A program made the position numbers and the translations under genes. A stretch of DNA of 63,810 bases, filler included, from Reclinomonas americana ATCC 50394 (taxonomy: Eukaryota): the NCBI GenBank assembly GCA_048213135.1. It is 12 parts of 7 records of this genome, joined end to end, with 100 filler letters (N's around TTAATTAATTAA, not from the genome) between each part and the next. Parts side by side here need not be neighbours in the genome. Positions count along the whole stretch, not along the records: positions 61,608 to 63,810 come from PS015895.1; 11 more parts are not named here. One strand, 5' to 3'. Positions 61,656 to 63,810 of the stretch are shown piece after piece. Position 1 is the first letter of the stretch. The number at the start of each line of letters is the position of its first letter. The notes beneath the pieces are model-generated. The model was not told where the DNA came from and did not search any database. It saw nothing but the letters and a program-made list of their open reading frames with translations.

Positions 61656-63810
61656 AACAAGGGAGAAGAAAATGGCGTCCTAGGGAGAATGGAAGAGATC
61701 TCTGTCTCTTTCTCTGTCTCTCATTTTAACTCTGTTACATGCATGCCTGTCTCTTCACTCTTTATCTTTCTCTGTCTCTCCTCCCCTGTCTCTCTTTCTC
61801 TCCGTGTCTGTCTCATTCTGCTTACGTGTCTCTCTCGCGCTTGCTCACTCTTTATCTCTGTCTCTCAGTTATTGTCTCTCTCACAAATTGGGGAATGGAG
61901 AAGCACAGCGAAAGAAAAAGAGGAAGAAAGAGAGAGGGAGAGCGTGGGAGAAACAGAAAGGGAGCAGCAAGGGATAGGCAGACGGCACTAGAGGGAGTGG
62001 GGAAGCGATGGAGTGGAAGAGAGAACGAGGAGAGAAAAAGTGAGAGACAGAGGAAGAGCTGTGTCAGCTTCAATATTTCGCTCGACGGGTAACTCGCCGA
62101 TACTTCCAATCTCTGCCTGTCAACAAAAGTACGGAATGGTGTATACAGAGAGGCAGATCGGAGCCACAATCAGATGAGGAAATCGAAAGAAGAAGGAACT
62201 GGAGAGACTGACTGTTGTTCACGACGAAGCAAGTCGACGTAGTTCTTCTTGTTCGGCAATTGCAAGCAACAAGCTATAGCACTGAAGTATCGTCAAAAGG
62301 GGATCGTCGATAAACTTTGCTATCGCAAGGGAAAGAAAGGAGAACATTTGCAGAGCACAATCTCTTCACCTCCTCTGACCAGCCACGAGAGAATCGTCGA
62401 CAAACTCTGCAATCGCTCAACGGAGCGAATGGAGAACTCTTGCAGAGCACAATCTCTTTCCTCCCTCTGACCATCCATGAGAGAATCGTCGACAAACTCT
62501 GCTATCGCAACGGAAAGAAAGGAGAACATTTGCAGAGCACAATCTCTTCACCTCCTCTGACCAGCCACGAGAGAATCGTCGACAAACTCTACCATCGCTC
62601 AACGGAGCGAATGGAGAACTCTTGCAGAGCACAATCTCTTTCCTTCCTCTGACCATCCATGAGAGAATCGTCGACAAACTCTGCTATCGCTCAACGGAGC
62701 GAATTTAAAACTGTTGCAGAAGACAACCTCTTCCCATCCTCTGGCCAGCCACGACAGAATCGACGACAAACTCTGCTGTCGCCAATGGAGCGAAAGGAGA
62801 ACTCTTGCAGAGGACAATATCTTTCCCCCCTCGCCACTCTGCTATCGCTCAATGCAGCACACTCACTGATCACAACCTCTTCTCCCCTACCCCCCTCTCT
62901 CTCTCCGCTCACCTCGGGCTCTCACTCGCCTCCGCCTCCGCCACCACCACCACCGGTGTCGTCGGTGTCGTCGCCATTGCCTGCTTCCTCTGCCGCACCT
63001 CCTCCTCCAGCTGCTTAAACACCGCCTTGCTGGTGGCCTCGCCATCTGCACTGGAGGGTCAGCAAACGATCTCCATCCTCCTCTTCCACAACCACTCGCA
63101 ACTGTCTTGATGCCGACGCGCACGCTCCACACGGTGCTCCTCCTCCAGCAGTCCGCGAATCATGTCCGACACCGAGAGCGGGTCGGGCGAGTCGCACTGC
63201 GCATTGTACTGCACCACAAACTCGCGATGCCGCCGCTCCAGCACCTTCGCGAGTGAGCCATGCGGTGGAGTGAACAGAGAACAGCAGCAAAGCAACGCAA
63301 CTGAACGAGTGCCGGTGGCCGGCAAGTCCCACTTGCGCATCTCCTTGCGCAGCTGTGCGTCCGTCATCATGCTGTAGACGAGGGGTGGCAGGTGCTCGCG
63401 CTTGACGCTAAACAGGGAAAGGGATGCAGTCAGAAAACAGGGCAAAGAGAGTCAGAGAGAGCAAGTCAATGAAAATGACAAAAAGAAAGAGCGAAGCACA
63501 AAGATTTGGAAAGGGGGGAAGAGATAGAAAACCTGAGACAGAGAAAGCGAGCCCCAATGACAAGGCTGTGACCAGAAAACACAGATTGAGATGGAATAGC
63601 GGCAGCCAGCTCCACATTAACAATTGTAACTAACGGGAGAGACTGGCCAGACATAACAAAACAGCAAAATGTGATCTTGCAAAACACCCTCACTTCCTCT
63701 CTCACCACTCCCATCCTCACCTGACAACAGCAGGCGCTGCGACCGGAGCCAAAGCTTCCATCACCTGCGACTGCACAACCGGAGAGGCATTGCTTGCTCC
63801 AGCAGCAATT
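60810..63810 (-). CDS. RAD18: RAD18-like E3 ligase, SAP region and probable low-complexity C-terminus; begins beyond the window end
   Basis: LPPLVYSMMTDAQLRKEMRKWDLPATGTRS-VLERRHREFVVQYNAQCDS..; FKQLEEEVRQRK. Linking exons 60810-61300 across the linker is inference. Confidence 0.8.
62298..62850. repeat. Intronic minisatellite with 90/92 bp alternating units, about 6 copies
   Basis: gagaatcgtcgacaaactct at 62389, 62481, 62571 and 62663; degenerate copies near 62300 and 62755. Confidence 0.92.

Noticed and set aside
62298..62850. CRISPR-like array
   Set aside because: The whole unit repeats with no unique spacers; no cas genes; eukaryotic intron.

Overview
Draft genome of an intron-rich, GC-rich, probably flagellated microbial eukaryote (it carries IFT52). 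The window is about 12 pieces joined by artificial N-TTAATTAATTAA-N linkers, with further N gaps. Host genes are dense, with short GT-AG introns often swollen by (GA)n/(CA)n microsatellites: biotin protein ligase, a MORN-repeat protein, IFT52, an alpha/beta hydrolase, a CK1-like kinase, F-box/WD, API5, CSL4, cyclin C, WD40, ASH2L-like SPRY, peptidase M50B, a tandemly duplicated orphan, RhoGAP, an EF-hand protein, ribophorin I, a Zn-finger/TLDc protein, a possible RING protein and RAD18. Two things stand out. (1) 49842-55737 is an intron-free morphogenesis module of a Polinton-like/adintovirus-like virus: penton, A32-type packaging ATPase frameshifted right after Walker A, PLA2 protein, putative double-jelly-roll major capsid protein, and a fibre with a phage-tailspike-like beta-helix. 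(2) About 20 host introns use a register-shifted donor, GTTGCG(T/C), always after a non-G exon end. All calls come from motif recognition by eye, with no database searches; exon boundaries are hand-derived.
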